A DNA stretch of 64,000 bases from an uncultured Acidobacteriaceae bacterium (GCA_963796785.1 CAWCMW010000006.1:46482-110481); one strand, 5' to 3'; positions 22,144 through 35,174 are shown, numbered from the stretch's first letter. Program-made: numbers and translations. The notes: generated by a model not told the origin, from the letters alone.

Positions 22144-23634
22144 ATGGAAGTGAAACGACAGGAACAACTTGCCCCGCGAAGGGTCGCGGCCGTTAATCTT
22201 ACGCCGCGCGCGGGCTGGCTCCTCGCCTTTCTGGTTCTGGCCGGCTCCCTCGCCGTGATTGCGCGTGCGCAGAATCCTTCATCTGCTGAAAATCCCTTCT
22301 GGGGCAGCGTGACGGCACAGCCGGTTACCGGTGAGCCGCTGAAGCTGTCGCTGGACGACGCCATTCAGCGAGGCCTCAAGAACAATCTCGGGCTGAAGGA
22401 AACCGAAAACGGCGAAAAGATCTATCACGCGGAATATAACCAGGCGCTGCAACTCTTTCTGCCAACCATCACGCTTACCGGAGACACCGGCTTCTACATG
22501 CACGACCTGGCGGCGTTGGGATTCAATCCCAAGGTTATTAGCGAGTTCTCGTCGGCCTTTCCTGGCGGCGTGGCGCCGGCGGGGCTGTCGCTGATTACGC
22601 GCGACACCCTGACTGAAGGCAAAATCCAGTACAACGAGATTCTTTTCTCCGGGCCTGTCATCGCGGGCTTCAAAGCTGCAGGAGCAGCCGAGCGCGCGGC
22701 GCACTTTGCCAAAATGACGGCGCGCGGCCAGGTCGTGCAGGACGTTGCCGAGGGCTACCTGAGAGCAATCGCGGACCAGGGCGAAGTCGAGAATGCGAAG
22801 GCGCTGGTCCAGCAGGCGCAGGTGTTCGCGGATCACGCGCACGAAGCGCATGAGGCAGGAACAGCGGCAAATCTGGACGAGCTGCGGGCGAAAGTGCAAT
22901 TGCAGACGCAGCAGCAATCGCTGATTGCAGCGCAAAACCAGCAGGCGAAGGATTTGATTTTGCTGAAGCGGGAAATCGGCATCGATCCCGAACAGGCGAT
23001 TGAGCTGACCGACCCGGCTCCTTATAGCGAATTGGCCGAGCACACGCCGGAAGAAGTGAGGGCGACTGCCTACCAGAACCGGCAGGATTACCAGAACCTG
23101 CAGAATCAGTCGGTCGCATACAGGGCGCTGCACAATGTGTACCGCGGCGAGCGGCTGCCGACGTTGAGCTTCTACGGCAATTACGGCACCAGCACCGTGA
23201 ATGGCGCGGGCACGCACGGCGACTTCATCGCCATGGGCATTTTGAGCCTTCCCATTTTTCGCGAGGCCAAGCTGCGCGGCGACGAAGACGCGTCAAAGGC
23301 GCAGATGGAGGCCGTGAACGCACAGCTAGACGAGCTTCGCAACCATATCGACGAGCAGGTGAGGGCGGCGCTGCTGGACGTGAGCGCGAACAAGCAACTG
23401 GTGGACGTGGCGCGGTCCAACGTGGACCTGGCCACGCGCGCCTTAAGCGACGAAATCGACCGCGTGAACGCCGGCGTCGACGATAATCTGCCCCTGGTGA
23501 CGGCCCAAGCCACTCTCGCGACCGCCGAGAACAATCTGGTGGAGAGCCTGTACGCGTATAACGTGTCGAAGATCGGGCTGGCGCGCGCGGCGGGCGTGCT
23601 GGAGCAGCAGTATCGGGATTATCTGGGAAGGTAG
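22144..23634 (+). CDS. TolC family outer membrane protein
   Basis: Signal peptide, LSLDDAIQRGLKNN, LPTLSF, LPIFRE, helical repeats. Confidence 0.9.
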   Translation: MEVKRQEQLAPRRVAAVNLTPRAGWLLAFLVLAGSLAVIARAQNPSSAENPFWGSVTAQPVTGEPLKLSLDDAIQRGLKNNLGLKETENGEKIYHAEYNQALQLFLPTITLTGDTGFYMHDLAALGFNPKVISEFSSAFPGGVAPAGLSLITRDTLTEGKIQYNEILFSGPVIAGFKAAGAAERAAHFAKMTARGQVVQDVAEGYLRAIADQGEVENAKALVQQAQVFADHAHEAHEAGTAANLDELRAKVQLQTQQQSLIAAQNQQAKDLILLKREIGIDPEQAIELTDPAPYSELAEHTPEEVRATAYQNRQDYQNLQNQSVAYRALHNVYRGERLPTLSFYGNYGTSTVNGAGTHGDFIAMGILSLPIFREAKLRGDEDASKAQMEAVNAQLDELRNHIDEQVRAALLDVSANKQLVDVARSNVDLATRALSDEIDRVNAGVDDNLPLVTAQATLATAENNLVESLYAYNVSKIGLARAAGVLEQQYRDYLGR

Positions 23635-23711
23635 CTCCCTCCGAGCTGCCCAAATTCCTCCATGAACATCGCATCGCTCCGATGTAACGTAGAAGCGATA
23701 GGTGCACGCCG

Positions 23712-24509
23712 ATGCCTCAAAATCTGAAGATCGTTTACTACGTTGAGCCGAATGCTGCGGCCTTGGCGCGTCGAGCCGCAGATTTCTTTGTGGACCAGGC
23801 ATTGCAGGCGGTAGCAGCTCGCGGCGTTGCGCGCATCGCCATCAGCGGCGGCTCAACGCCCAAGGCGGCCTTTGCCACTCTCGCTGAACAAGGCGAAGAG
23901 TGGCGCGAGCGAATGCCTTGGAACAAGCTCGACCTGTGGTGGGTGGATGAGCGGTGCGTGCCACCGGATGACGCCGAATCGAACTACCGCATGACGCGCG
24001 AGGCGCTGCTGGACCACGTCCCGCTGAAACCGGAACAGATTCACCGCATGGAGGGAGAGCTCGAGCCCGATGATGCGGCAGCCCGTTACGAGGCCGATCT
24101 GCGGAAGAGCTTCGGGCTCACGGGCACGGAAACGCCACGATTTGACTTGGTTCAACTGGGGATCGGCCCCGATGGACACACCGCTTCCCTTTTTCCGCAC
24201 ACTGATGCTCTCCGCATCTCCGACCGGCTGGTAACTGCCAACTACGTTGAAAAACTGGATATGTGGCGCGTCACTCTGACGCGGCCAACGATCAACCATG
24301 CGAGGCAAGTGTTCTTCCTGATCGCGGGTACGGATAAGGCGATGGTCCTCAATGAAGTATTAGAGGGGCCACTCGATCCAGAGCGGCTGCCAAGCCAGTT
24401 CATCGCACCCGTGAACGGTATACTGACCTTGCTTCTGGACCAGGCGGCGGCCGCTCTGCTGCCCGCGCCGGACGCGCAAGGCTACGGGGTAATCGAGAGG
24501 ACTGAATGA
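23712..24509 (+). CDS. pgl: 6-phosphogluconolactonase
   Basis: ISGGSTP, VDERCVP..SNY, LGIGPDGHTASLFP. Confidence 0.95.
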   Translation: MPQNLKIVYYVEPNAAALARRAADFFVDQALQAVAARGVARIAISGGSTPKAAFATLAEQGEEWRERMPWNKLDLWWVDERCVPPDDAESNYRMTREALLDHVPLKPEQIHRMEGELEPDDAAARYEADLRKSFGLTGTETPRFDLVQLGIGPDGHTASLFPHTDALRISDRLVTANYVEKLDMWRVTLTRPTINHARQVFFLIAGTDKAMVLNEVLEGPLDPERLPSQFIAPVNGILTLLLDQAAAALLPAPDAQGYGVIERTE

Positions 24510-25525
24510 TTCTGGCAGGCGATGTAGGCGGCACCAAGGTTCACCTGGCGCTGTTCGATTTTACCGATGGAAATCTGAAGCACACCCGCGATAAGCAGTT
24601 CCCGGCCAAGGAATATGCCGGCCTCGAAGAGATCGTGAAGGAATTCATTCTGACGGACAAGGTGACGTCAGCATGTTTCGGTGTGCCTGGCCCAGTGCGG
24701 GAGGGGCGTCTGCGTCTGACCAACCTGCCGTGGACGCTCGACAGCCGCGAGTTGGCCAAGCATCTGAAGATCGACTACGTTTTTTTGATTAACGATTTGC
24801 AGGCGAACGGTTACGGAATTGCAGAGTTGGCGGCGGACCAGATTTACACCCTGAGCGATGGCGATTCGCGCCAGGTGGGCAATCGAGCGCTGATCTCGGC
24901 TGGAACCGGCCTTGGCGAAGCGTTTCTCGTCTGGGATGGGCGCGACTACGTACCGTATCCATCGGAAGGCGGCCACTCGGATTATGCGCCGCGCAACGAC
25001 GACGAGATCGACCTGCTCCGCTTCCTGAAGCAGAAGTACAACGGGCGCATCAGCTTTGAACGCGTCGTGAGCGGACAGGGAATCACAAACTGCTATGAAT
25101 TCCTGCGCGAAGTGCGCGGCATGGAAGAGCCGGCATGGCTGGCAGAGCAGATGACGCAGGAAGATCCGAACGCCGCGATCACCGAGGCGGCGCTGAAAGC
25201 CAAGTCAGGCATTTGCGAGAAGGCTCTGGACATGTTTGTCTCGGCGTACGGAGCTGAGGCCGGCAATCTGGCGCTGAAAGTTCTGTCGGTCGGTGGACTG
25301 TATGTGGGCGGCGGAATCGCGCCGCGCATTCTGGAAAAGCTGAAGGACGGAACGTTCATGAAAGCCTTCACCGACAAGGGGCGGTTGAGCCAGCTTCTCG
25401 TGAACATGCCGGTGCGCGTGATTCTGGAAAGTCGCACGGCGCTGATGGGCGCGGCGGCGTACGCTGAAGCGCGAGCGGCGGAGCTGAGCGGGATTTCCCC
25501 GCGGGCTGCGAGCGTGAAGTTCTAA
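24506..25525 (+). CDS. glk: Glucokinase
   Basis: LAGDVGGTK, GVPGPV, INDLQA, AGTGLG, SEGGH, GGGIAP; ATGA overlap with pgl. Confidence 0.95.
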   Translation: MILAGDVGGTKVHLALFDFTDGNLKHTRDKQFPAKEYAGLEEIVKEFILTDKVTSACFGVPGPVREGRLRLTNLPWTLDSRELAKHLKIDYVFLINDLQANGYGIAELAADQIYTLSDGDSRQVGNRALISAGTGLGEAFLVWDGRDYVPYPSEGGHSDYAPRNDDEIDLLRFLKQKYNGRISFERVVSGQGITNCYEFLREVRGMEEPAWLAEQMTQEDPNAAITEAALKAKSGICEKALDMFVSAYGAEAGNLALKVLSVGGLYVGGGIAPRILEKLKDGTFMKAFTDKGRLSQLLVNMPVRVILESRTALMGAAAYAEARAAELSGISPRAASVKF

Positions 25526-25604
25526 GAAGCTGCCTTTTTGCCATTAGCTGAGGCCCCGGAAGCGCGAAGTTTCGTTTTCCGCCGTTGGCCGTTCGCATTA
25601 AGCT

Positions 25605-26495
25605 TCATCGTGCCGCGATTGCCGAGGGTGCGCCCGACTGCGCCAGGATAAGCGCTTCTACCTTGTCCCAAACGGCGGCATCATTCTCAATCTCAATATG
25701 GGGCTTCATAAAGGCGCGCGCGTACCAACTGAATCCGGCGCAAGATACCGGGTGGTTCTTATAGGTAGATTCATAATTCCCCATAATTGTTGTGAGCTGC
25801 GGATTTGCGGCTTGAATCGAACTCCTGCCGTGAAGCAAGCCGTCTAACTGGTAAAAATTAATCGCTTCCCGCACGTTTGGAGGAATGGTTCCGTCGTCCT
25901 GGCCCGATTTTGTAACGCTGTCGACCTGAATCGTAAGCAGGACCGGAATGCCAAGCCGGTTAAGTACCTGGGCGAAGTTGACCGTCTCGGAGCCTCCCCA
26001 GCTATGACCGTAGATGACAATCCTGGCGGCGTTTTTCTCCTCCGCGCTCAGGTGGCCATCGTTCCTGACATCAAGAAGATGAAGGACGGTGCGAAGAGCG
26101 TCGGCTCCATGGCGGTTCGCGAAAGTCGCGGCATAGATTGCGCGGGGGTACAGCCGATCCAGGTTGCGGGCAAGAAGCGCTTCTTTATGCGCAAAATCGT
26201 TGGCGCGGACACGGCCGCCCATGAAACCAATGACGATCAACGGCTCAAGTCCACCAGCCGCGCTCGCATGAAATCGAGTCGGGGCAACGCTCGAACTGGC
26301 CACTGCTTTAGCGGGGCTACCGGGAGCGGCAACGGCCAATGCCGGGAGATTCTGTGCCTCCGTTTTTCCAGGTGCTGCCGCCGTCAAGACAGCGACCGCC
26401 AGCGAAGCCGACAAAAGAGCGGTGACTGTCACGCGTGATCGGGCGCGGCGGCCGGCACAAAATGCTGGTTCGAGATTCCGAAGAGTGTTTTGCAA
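25605..26495 (-). CDS. Exported alpha/beta-hydrolase-fold hypothetical protein
   Basis: Signal-like N-terminus; nucleophile elbow IYGHSWGG; LTIQVDSV; late HIEIE. Confidence 0.7.
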   Translation of the reverse strand: MQNTLRNLEPAFCAGRRARSRVTVTALLSASLAVAVLTAAAPGKTEAQNLPALAVAAPGSPAKAVASSSVAPTRFHASAAGGLEPLIVIGFMGGRVRANDFAHKEALLARNLDRLYPRAIYAATFANRHGADALRTVLHLLDVRNDGHLSAEEKNAARIVIYGHSWGGSETVNFAQVLNRLGIPVLLTIQVDSVTKSGQDDGTIPPNVREAINFYQLDGLLHGRSSIQAANPQLTTIMGNYESTYKNHPVSCAGFSWYARAFMKPHIEIENDAAVWDKVEALILAQSGAPSAIAAR

Positions 26496-26762
26496 TGGTC
26501 CGTCGCTGGCATCTGCCCGAAAGTGTCAAGATATGGACCAGCGACTTTGCAGGTTCACACTTGCGTCTCGCTCGATAAAGGAGTGCCCAACCTCACGAGA
26601 AGTTCGCCTCATTCTACGCTCGAAGATCAACGCTGTGCGAACCGTCCATCGCTCGCGGCCTCGTGGTTTTGATGGGCTCAATGTACCTGTTCTCGCCGCA
26701 AACGAATCGATTCGGGTACGCTTAAGCCAATCGCTGTCAATACACCCTTAGGATGTAGAAAG

Positions 26763-27050
26763 ATGATGCGCTGGCTCGGACGGTGGCTGTTGCGGGTTCT
26801 GGTGGCGTTTGCGGCAATCTCGCTGGCCACATTTGCCGTCGACTGGACGGTCTACAAGCTGCGCGGTTCGCCTCAATCTACGGTGACCGTAAACCAGTTT
26901 ATGTCCGTCCCCCTGAAGGGCCAGAAAACAGAGCTTGACTATCTGGGGACGGTGAACGTTTCCTGCGCAGTGGCGCTGTTTCCTCAGGGAGGGCAAGATC
27001 CCTGCTGGTATCTCAGGCGGAATACGAACCAGTGGGAAAAGCTCGGATAG
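26763..27050 (+). CDS. Small membrane-anchored hypothetical protein
   Basis: 95 aa, N-terminal TM, C..ALFP..GQDPCWYLRR. Confidence 0.7.
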   Translation: MMRWLGRWLLRVLVAFAAISLATFAVDWTVYKLRGSPQSTVTVNQFMSVPLKGQKTELDYLGTVNVSCAVALFPQGGQDPCWYLRRNTNQWEKLG

Positions 27051-27181
27051 CCGGCGTACTGAAAACACTGGCGCGTGATGTGCGGCCGAAACCAGCACCC
27101 GTAAACATGCCTACGTGATGCGAGTCACGACCAGAGAAAGCAAATCGCGCCTACGATTTGAGGGTATTTCCTCAGATCGCC

Positions 27182-27376
27182 ATGTATAGCCGCACACAAA
27201 ACGAAAATGGCAGCTTCAACTCGCGCTGCCTGGATTGCTTTTTGACGATTGCCTCGTGCGTTGAAACAGAAAAAGAGCTGGACGAACGCGAGGCGCATCA
27301 TCTGTGCCCGGAAAAGGTGCTGGCACAATTGCTGGCCGAGGAAAGGGCGACGGCTGCGCACCCTACCCTGAACTGA
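27182..27376 (+). CDS. Small putative Zn-binding protein
   Basis: 64 aa, NENGSFNSRCLDCFLTIA..E..HHLC (CxxC ... HxC). Confidence 0.65.
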   Translation: MYSRTQNENGSFNSRCLDCFLTIASCVETEKELDEREAHHLCPEKVLAQLLAEERATAAHPTLN

Positions 27377-27716
27377 TCTGGGTGTCAGCTTCCCTTCTCC
27401 GGCGCCGCCGAGTGGGCGCAAACGTCTGAGCGCGCGCGAGTTCCCTGGCCGCACTTTGCGAATCGGGAAAACGGGTGCATACTGCCTGCAGGCCGGGCTT
27501 TGCGCCATTGATTGACTGATCGAGAAATCTTCCCTTTTTCAAGCTGACCCCAGGCAGGATTCCAATCTAGACTTCCTCACCAGTGCCGGCCCTTCGAGCG
27601 GCGAGCCCTTTGCACTCAAAGCGAGCCATCTTGGCACGGCCGCGCCGTTTCACCGCGTCGAACGTCTTTCTAATTACAGCCGGTTTTCCCCGACAGAACC
27701 ATACAGGAGGCCACGA

Positions 27717-29255
<1,539 letters not shown>

Positions 29256-29359
29256 AACAGGGACCAGAGCTCAGGGCTTAGAGAGTAAGGCCGGGGAAGA
29301 GCGAACACTGTCCACCGTTCACCGTTTACGATCCACCGCCCTCGGCCCCAAGGAGCGCA

Positions 29360-30608
29360 ATGAAGCGCGTTCGATACACAAAATATAACGGCGATCTGGC
29401 CTCGGAGATCGATCTCGAGAGCCTGCTGCAGGCGCTGTCTGACTATTTGCTCGACTCCGGCTACTACGATCCGTTCAATGGCTTCCAGGATCTCGACCAT
29501 ACCATGGACGATCTGCGCGAAGCGCTGCGGCGAGTCCTTGAGTCGGGCGACTTCTTCGACGGCGAGATGCGCGAGCTGCTCGATCGAATGATGGCCGAGG
29601 GCACGCTCGACGAATTAATCGAGAAGCTGATGGAGCGAATGGAGAAAGAGAACTACATTTCCTCGATGCCCCAGAATGGGCCGACGCGCATCGACGAAGC
29701 CAACGGGCAGGTGGGCAATGCGGAGGGCCGCGATCGCGAGAACGTGCGCTTCGAAGTGACCGACAAGAGCCTGGACTTTCTGGGCTTCAAGACGCTGCGC
29801 GATCTGATGGGATCGCTGGGCAAATCGAGTTACGGACGGCACGACACGCGGCATTGGGCGACGGGAATTGAGACAAGCGGCGGTTCAGCGGCGCTACGAG
29901 TTCGGCGACACGCTGAATCTGGACACCACCGCCACATTGAGTTCGGCCATCGCGCGCGAGGGCCTGGAGCTGCCGCTGAATCTTGAATACGACGATCTGC
30001 AGGTGCACCAGTGCGACTATCAGAGCTCGTGCGCAACGGTGGTCATGCTGGACTGCTCGCACTCGATGATTCTGTACGGCGAGGACCGGTTCACGCCGGC
30101 CAAGCGCGTGGCCATGGCCCTTTCACACCTGATCCGCACGCAATATCCGGGCGATTCGCTGTCTCTCGTGCTGTTTCACGATTCGGCCGAGGAGATGCCG
30201 GTATCGCAGTTGGCGCGGGTAAAAGTGGGGCCGTGGCACACCAATACGCGCGAAGGCCTGCGCGTGGCGCAGCGCGTGCTGGCGCGGCAGCGCAAAGACA
30301 TGAAGCAGATTGTGATGATCACCGACGGAAAGCCCTCGGCGCTGACCTTGCCCGACGGAAGGATCTACAAGAACGCCTACGGGCTCGATCCTCTGGTGGT
30401 GAGCGAAACTCTGGAAGAAGTCGCGCGCTGCAAGCGGTCGAACGTAATGATCAATACGTTCATGCTGGCGCAGGATTATGGGCTGGTGCAATTCGTGCAC
30501 AGAGTTTCAGAGATGTGCCGCGGCAAAGCGTACTTCACCACGCCTGCGACGCTGGGGCAGTACGTGATGATGGATTACATGCAGCGGAAGTCGAAGACGA
30601 TCCACTGA
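29360..30608 (+). CDS. VWA domain protein (partner of the AAA ATPase); frameshift near 29885
   Basis: [18 protein letters not shown]; [10 protein letters not shown]. Confidence 0.85.
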
Positions 30609-30670
30609 CGCGCCGCCAAACACAACTGCTTTCTCGCTCTTAGAGAAGCAAACTCAAGCTCTCCTCTTGC

Positions 30671-31487
30671 TCACCGCTTCGTCTCCAGAAAGACAAAGAT
30701 ATTGCCGTCAGGATCCTTCGCGAAAACGAGACCGCCGTCGCGCTGTGCGTTCACACCCGCGTATTCCATCGCCTGGAAAGCCTTCTTCGCATCGGGCACC
30801 GGAAACAGGAACTCCGGCTGCGAGCCGGGCGTGGCCGCGCGCAGTTCCATATGCAGATCGGGTGCGCCCGGAGCCGTGAGGCGCACGTTGCCGTTGGTGT
30901 TTTCTGCTTCGAAGCCGAGATCGGTATAAAACTCCTTCATTGCGGCGCCATCTCTCACCGGCAAATCGATTCCCATCAACTCAGTGGAGATGCGTCCGGC
31001 GCCAAGGTGCTGGCCCATGTCGAGCGTGTGGCGCGAGCCGGGCATGTACTGCGTGAATTCGGTAACGCCGTGCTCGGGATCGTTCATGGAGGAGATTAAG
31101 TTTCCGGCGGCGGCCTTGCGCACGGGCGTGGGATTCAGGCCTTCGGTGGCGTAGTAGCGTTGGAGCGCGTTGAGATCCCCAGCCTCATAACAAACGTGCA
31201 TCCAGCCGAGCGGCTGCGAACGATCGGTTTGCGGATACAGCTCGATGAACTCGTGGTCGTTGATCTTGATGAAGGCTTCGGTCGTTTTGCCGTAGGTCAG
31301 GGTGAAAGCTTCCTGGTACCCCAGCTTGCCGAAAAAGACGATCTCGCGATCGAGATCGCTGACGCGAAATGCGATGTTCGCGATGCCGATAATGCCCTGA
31401 TTGGGCGGGGGCGGCTGCGCGATCGAAAACGCCGAGCCGGCAAGGACAAAGCGCTGACAACAAGCAGGATTTCGACAGAATTCTCAA
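30671..31487 (-). CDS. Exported VOC/glyoxalase family protein; frameshifts near the 5' end
   Basis: IANIAFRVSDLDRE..FFGKLG, IKINDHEFIELY, MHVCYE, KDPDGNIFVF. Confidence 0.75.
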
Positions 31488-31553
31488 AAGACCTCCAAAG
31501 CCCGTTAGGGGCAATACGCAAGGCAAAAAGGGAAAAAGTGGAGCAGCTGAACG

Positions 31554-31892
31554 CTAAGCGTATTCCTGGCGGTAAGGGGTAAAGACGTCAAGAACCTCGG
31601 AAGGCTCGAACGCGGAGGCCTCGTGCTCGACGCCGCCTTCGACTACGATGCTGTCACCGGCGCGCATCTCCCAGCTCTTGCCCTGGGCCTGAAAGCGGAT
31701 GTGGCCGCGGACCACGTAAACCATTTGATGATGTGGATGGCTATGGCGAGCGCCCTTCCAACCCGTTTCGAAGGTGTGACGCACAAGCATGAGATGGGGG
31801 TTGTACGCCAAGACCTGCCGGATCATGCCCGGCTCAGGAGAGGTGGCCTTGGTGGCGTCGGTTGCGGTGTAAATAACTCCGCTATCGCTCAT
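31554..31892 (-). CDS. Cupin, KdgF-like pectin degradation protein
   Basis: RQVLAY..LMLV, HSHPHHQ..YV, EH..EVLDVFTPYRQEY; adjacent to kduD. Confidence 0.85.
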   Translation of the reverse strand: MSDSGVIYTATDATKATSPEPGMIRQVLAYNPHLMLVRHTFETGWKGARHSHPHHQMVYVVRGHIRFQAQGKSWEMRAGDSIVVEGGVEHEASAFEPSEVLDVFTPYRQEYA

Positions 31893-31946
31893 CGAATCTG
31901 CCTCATGCGCGGCCGCCGCATGCGCGGGGAGCCGCAAGGAATAGGA

Positions 31947-32752
31947 TCACCGGTTGAGCCAGCCTCCGTCCACTACCAGAATGTGGCCGTGGATATAGTT
32001 GCTGGCCTCGGAGGCTAGAAAAACGGCGGCGCCGGCCAGGTCCTGCGGCTTGCCCCAGCGGCCGGCGGGAATGCGCTCCAGGATTTGCCGGGCGCGCTCG
32101 GGGTTGTTGCGCAGCGCCTCGGTGTTGTCGGTGTCCATATAACCGGGCGCAATTGCGTTCACGTTGACGCCTTTCGATGCCCACTCATTTGCAAACGCCT
32201 TAGTGAGCTGGCCAACACCGCCCTTGGCCGCTGCATAGGAGGGCACGAGGATTCCGCCCTGAAAGGTGAGCAGCGATGCGATGTTGATGATTTTGCCGGA
32301 GCCGCGCTTGAGCATATGCCGGCCGGCGTGCTGGGTGAGGCGAAAGACGCTGGAGAGATCAACGTCAATCACTGCCTTCCAGTCTTCTTCGGAGTGCTCC
32401 GCGGCGGGTGACCGGCGAATGATGCCGGCGTTGTTAACCAGGATGTCGATGGTTCCGAAATGCTGAACGGTTTCCTCGACCAGGCGCGCGCAGACCGCCG
32501 CATCGCCGACGTCGCCAGACGAGAGCGGCGGAATTGACGCCTAGACCGCGCAGCTTTTGCTGAATGGCTGTGGGAGCGGAGCCGGAGCCATGCACAGCGA
32601 CGTTGGCGCCGGCCTCGGCCAATGCCACCGCGATAGCCGCGCCCAGCCCTCGCGATGAGCCTGTGACCAGGGCGGATTTTCCCTTGAGGCTGAACTGATC
32701 GAGGATTGCTTCTGGGCGGGTCAGTGCTAAATTCCTTTCCGGCTAGCGCCAA
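31947..32752 (-). CDS. kduD: 2-dehydro-3-deoxy-D-gluconate 5-dehydrogenase; frameshifted
   Basis: FSLKGKSALVTGSSRGLG, VNNAGIIRR, NIASLLTFQGGI.VPSYAAAK, LVVDGGWL. Confidence 0.88.
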
Positions 32753-32864
32753 ACCGCAATTCTACCTCTTCCTATGATCTGCGAACGAAATGCGGAGAAA
32801 GCAATAGACGGTCTGAATGGCAAGATGCCTCAGGCGTTAATCTAAAGCTCAACGTCGGGTATCC

Positions 32865-33941
32865 ATGCAAATTGCTCTGCTGATTTTCTGTTTTCTCACC
32901 ATCGTCGGCGCTTTCAGCGCATGGCGGCGGAGTCCGCTTTATTCCATCAAGACCACGTTGAAGCTGGCCGGCGGCTTTCTGCTGATCGTCGCAGTTGTTG
33001 CAGGCACAACCTATGCGATCGTGAATAGCTCGCTGAGCCGATCACCGGTTGCGGAGGGAATTGCGAGCTTGGTGGCCGTGATCGTGCTGGCATCCGGTGC
33101 CAGCATCTTTATCGTCCGGATCACTGACTCGCATGTTGCCGCGCTGCCTCCGGCGGCCAGGCTGGTCAGCTTCAATCGGCACAAGGTCTACCGCTGGATC
33201 TGGCGCCTCGTGGTCTTCTTGCTGATCAATGCTGTTGCAGCTCTGGTGCTTCCATCCAACTGGCAATGGCTGCCAGAGGGCCTGGGCGGTTTTGTGCTGG
33301 TCGCATGCGGCCCCATGCTTTCGATCTCTTACATGATGGCAAGGCGAAACGACCGCGGGATGTCGGCCGTAATCGCCAATCCATGGGCGCACTGGCAATA
33401 CACGCCGGAGAAATGGGCGCAATGGGCGGAGAATCAACGCGAGTGGGAGAAAGCCCAGGAGGGCCCATGGAGATGGAAGGGCGTTTTCGGGTTCGTAGGT
33501 TTGTGCGGCGGACTTTTTGCGTTAGGCGCCCTGTTTACCGGAGCAAGCCTCAAAGAAAACGCGATTATCGTGGGCGGTTTGACCGGTTTTGTCATCGTGC
33601 TCGTGCTGGTGGCGTACTGGTTCAAGCGCACCAACTTTGACCGGCGCTACCGCAGGCTGCTCGCGGCAGCGCCGGAATCCTGGTTCGGCGACGAGGGCGT
33701 GTTCTGCAATGGGGCATATATGCCGTGGATTCTTTCCGGACGCTATCTGCAAAACGCCACCGCCGCGCTTGATCAGCCGGCCCGGTTGATGTTGATTTTC
33801 GAGTCGTTCAACGGATCCTCGTCAACGCAGATCACTCAGCGGGTCGCCATTCCTGATGGGCATATTACCGACTTAGCCCTGCTGCAGCAAAAGCTCAGCG
33901 CACATTGCCCCACTGCCTCTGTTCATCTGAGCGCGCAATAA
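32865..33941 (+). CDS. Hypothetical polytopic membrane protein
   Basis: 358 aa, about 7 hydrophobic helices, PWAHWQYTPEKW. Confidence 0.75.
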   Translation: MQIALLIFCFLTIVGAFSAWRRSPLYSIKTTLKLAGGFLLIVAVVAGTTYAIVNSSLSRSPVAEGIASLVAVIVLASGASIFIVRITDSHVAALPPAARLVSFNRHKVYRWIWRLVVFLLINAVAALVLPSNWQWLPEGLGGFVLVACGPMLSISYMMARRNDRGMSAVIANPWAHWQYTPEKWAQWAENQREWEKAQEGPWRWKGVFGFVGLCGGLFALGALFTGASLKENAIIVGGLTGFVIVLVLVAYWFKRTNFDRRYRRLLAAAPESWFGDEGVFCNGAYMPWILSGRYLQNATAALDQPARLMLIFESFNGSSSTQITQRVAIPDGHITDLALLQQKLSAHCPTASVHLSAQ

Positions 33942-33960
33942 GCGCATTCCACCGCGGCCT

Positions 33961-35070
33961 TTAAGCGTCGCGCAAAAGCGGCTCAGGCTTGAACCCTCGC
34001 TGGATGGCCATAAGGCCCGCGCGCAGAAAGCCGAGCGTGTGCGCCATCCCCGCATGCCAGGGCGCTGAACAGGTCATCTGCGGGGCGTGGTCGGGAATCA
34101 CAACGCCGTCGAAGCCGTTCTTGTCGAGAAGATAGAGGATGCGCAGCATGTCAACTTCGCCGTCATCGATAAAGGTTTCGTGATAGTGCGGAGCCTTGCC
34201 GGCAATATTGCGAAAGTGAACATAGGCGATGCGATGCTGGCTGCTGTAACGATCGACGGTGTCGTAAATATCGCCTTCAGTCATCTCGGCCAGCGTGCCT
34301 AGGCAGAACTCAAGCATGTTTGACGGGCTCGGTGAAATATCGATCAGCCGTTGATACATGGCCTGCTGATAAACCAGCCGCGGCTGGTGGCGCATCGTCG
34401 GCGTGGGCGGATCGTCAGGATGCGCTGCGAGGCGGACACCGGCTTTTTCCGCAACCGGCAGCGCCTCCTCAAGGAACCGCTGGAGACGCCGCCACAACTC
34501 GTCGTGCGAAATGATCGGTAGCGTGCCCGGCGGCGCATTGGGGTCGACAATCATGTTCCAGACCTGGCCGTTGGGGATGGGCGTATCGACCAGGCCGTCC
34601 ATGCCAACGGATTCTGCTCCGCCGCGCGCAAAGGGTCCGCTGGTGCGGCCTGCGACACCTGCAATCGAGAAGTTGTAGCCGAATGTCGGAATGCCGGCCT
34701 CGCCCACGGCGCGCAGGATCGCGAACACATTCTGCATATGCTGCGCGCGCCGGGGCCCGTCGAGAAGAACGTCGTACCAGTGGGCGGGGTCGAAGTTTTC
34801 TATCGCCTCGAGTTTCAGCCCGGCACCCTCGACTTGCTTGCGAAGCGCGATCAGCTCTGCGGCCGTCCAAAGGCGATTGGGATCCCCGGCCACGCCCCAC
34901 GGCTGATCTTTGCCGCCGGTCGGCTGATTATTGGATGGATTCGCGCTCCCCTGCCGGAAGTAGTCGACCAGGTGGACGATCACATGGGTGCAACCAGCCT
35001 GCACGGCGAATGCATAATACTCGTCGTTCAGCATGTGCCGGTAAAGTCCCAGACCGAGCTTCATATTCAT
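33961..35070 (-). CDS. uxuA: Mannonate dehydratase
   Basis: AEKAGVRLAAHPDDPP, FCLGT, VHFRN, ETFIDDG, PDHAP. Confidence 0.9.
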   Translation of the reverse strand: MNMKLGLGLYRHMLNDEYYAFAVQAGCTHVIVHLVDYFRQGSANPSNNQPTGGKDQPWGVAGDPNRLWTAAELIALRKQVEGAGLKLEAIENFDPAHWYDVLLDGPRRAQHMQNVFAILRAVGEAGIPTFGYNFSIAGVAGRTSGPFARGGAESVGMDGLVDTPIPNGQVWNMIVDPNAPPGTLPIISHDELWRRLQRFLEEALPVAEKAGVRLAAHPDDPPTPTMRHQPRLVYQQAMYQRLIDISPSPSNMLEFCLGTLAEMTEGDIYDTVDRYSSQHRIAYVHFRNIAGKAPHYHETFIDDGEVDMLRILYLLDKNGFDGVVIPDHAPQMTCSAPWHAGMAHTLGFLRAGLMAIQRGFKPEPLLRDA

Positions 35071-35138
35071 CCTGAGCCAGTGTAGTTCAGGCCGCAAAAA
35101 GAGCGGCGAAAGGCCGGCGAAACTGGCGTTTCAAATAC

Positions 35139-35168
35139 TTGTCAAAAGATAAAAAGTTCGTGTATTGT
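35139..35168 (+). promoter_or_regulatory. Putative sigma70 promoter
   Basis: TTGTCA (35139-44) - 18 nt - TATTGT (35163-68) in an AT-rich patch. Confidence 0.5.
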
Positions 35169-35174
35169 CAAATA

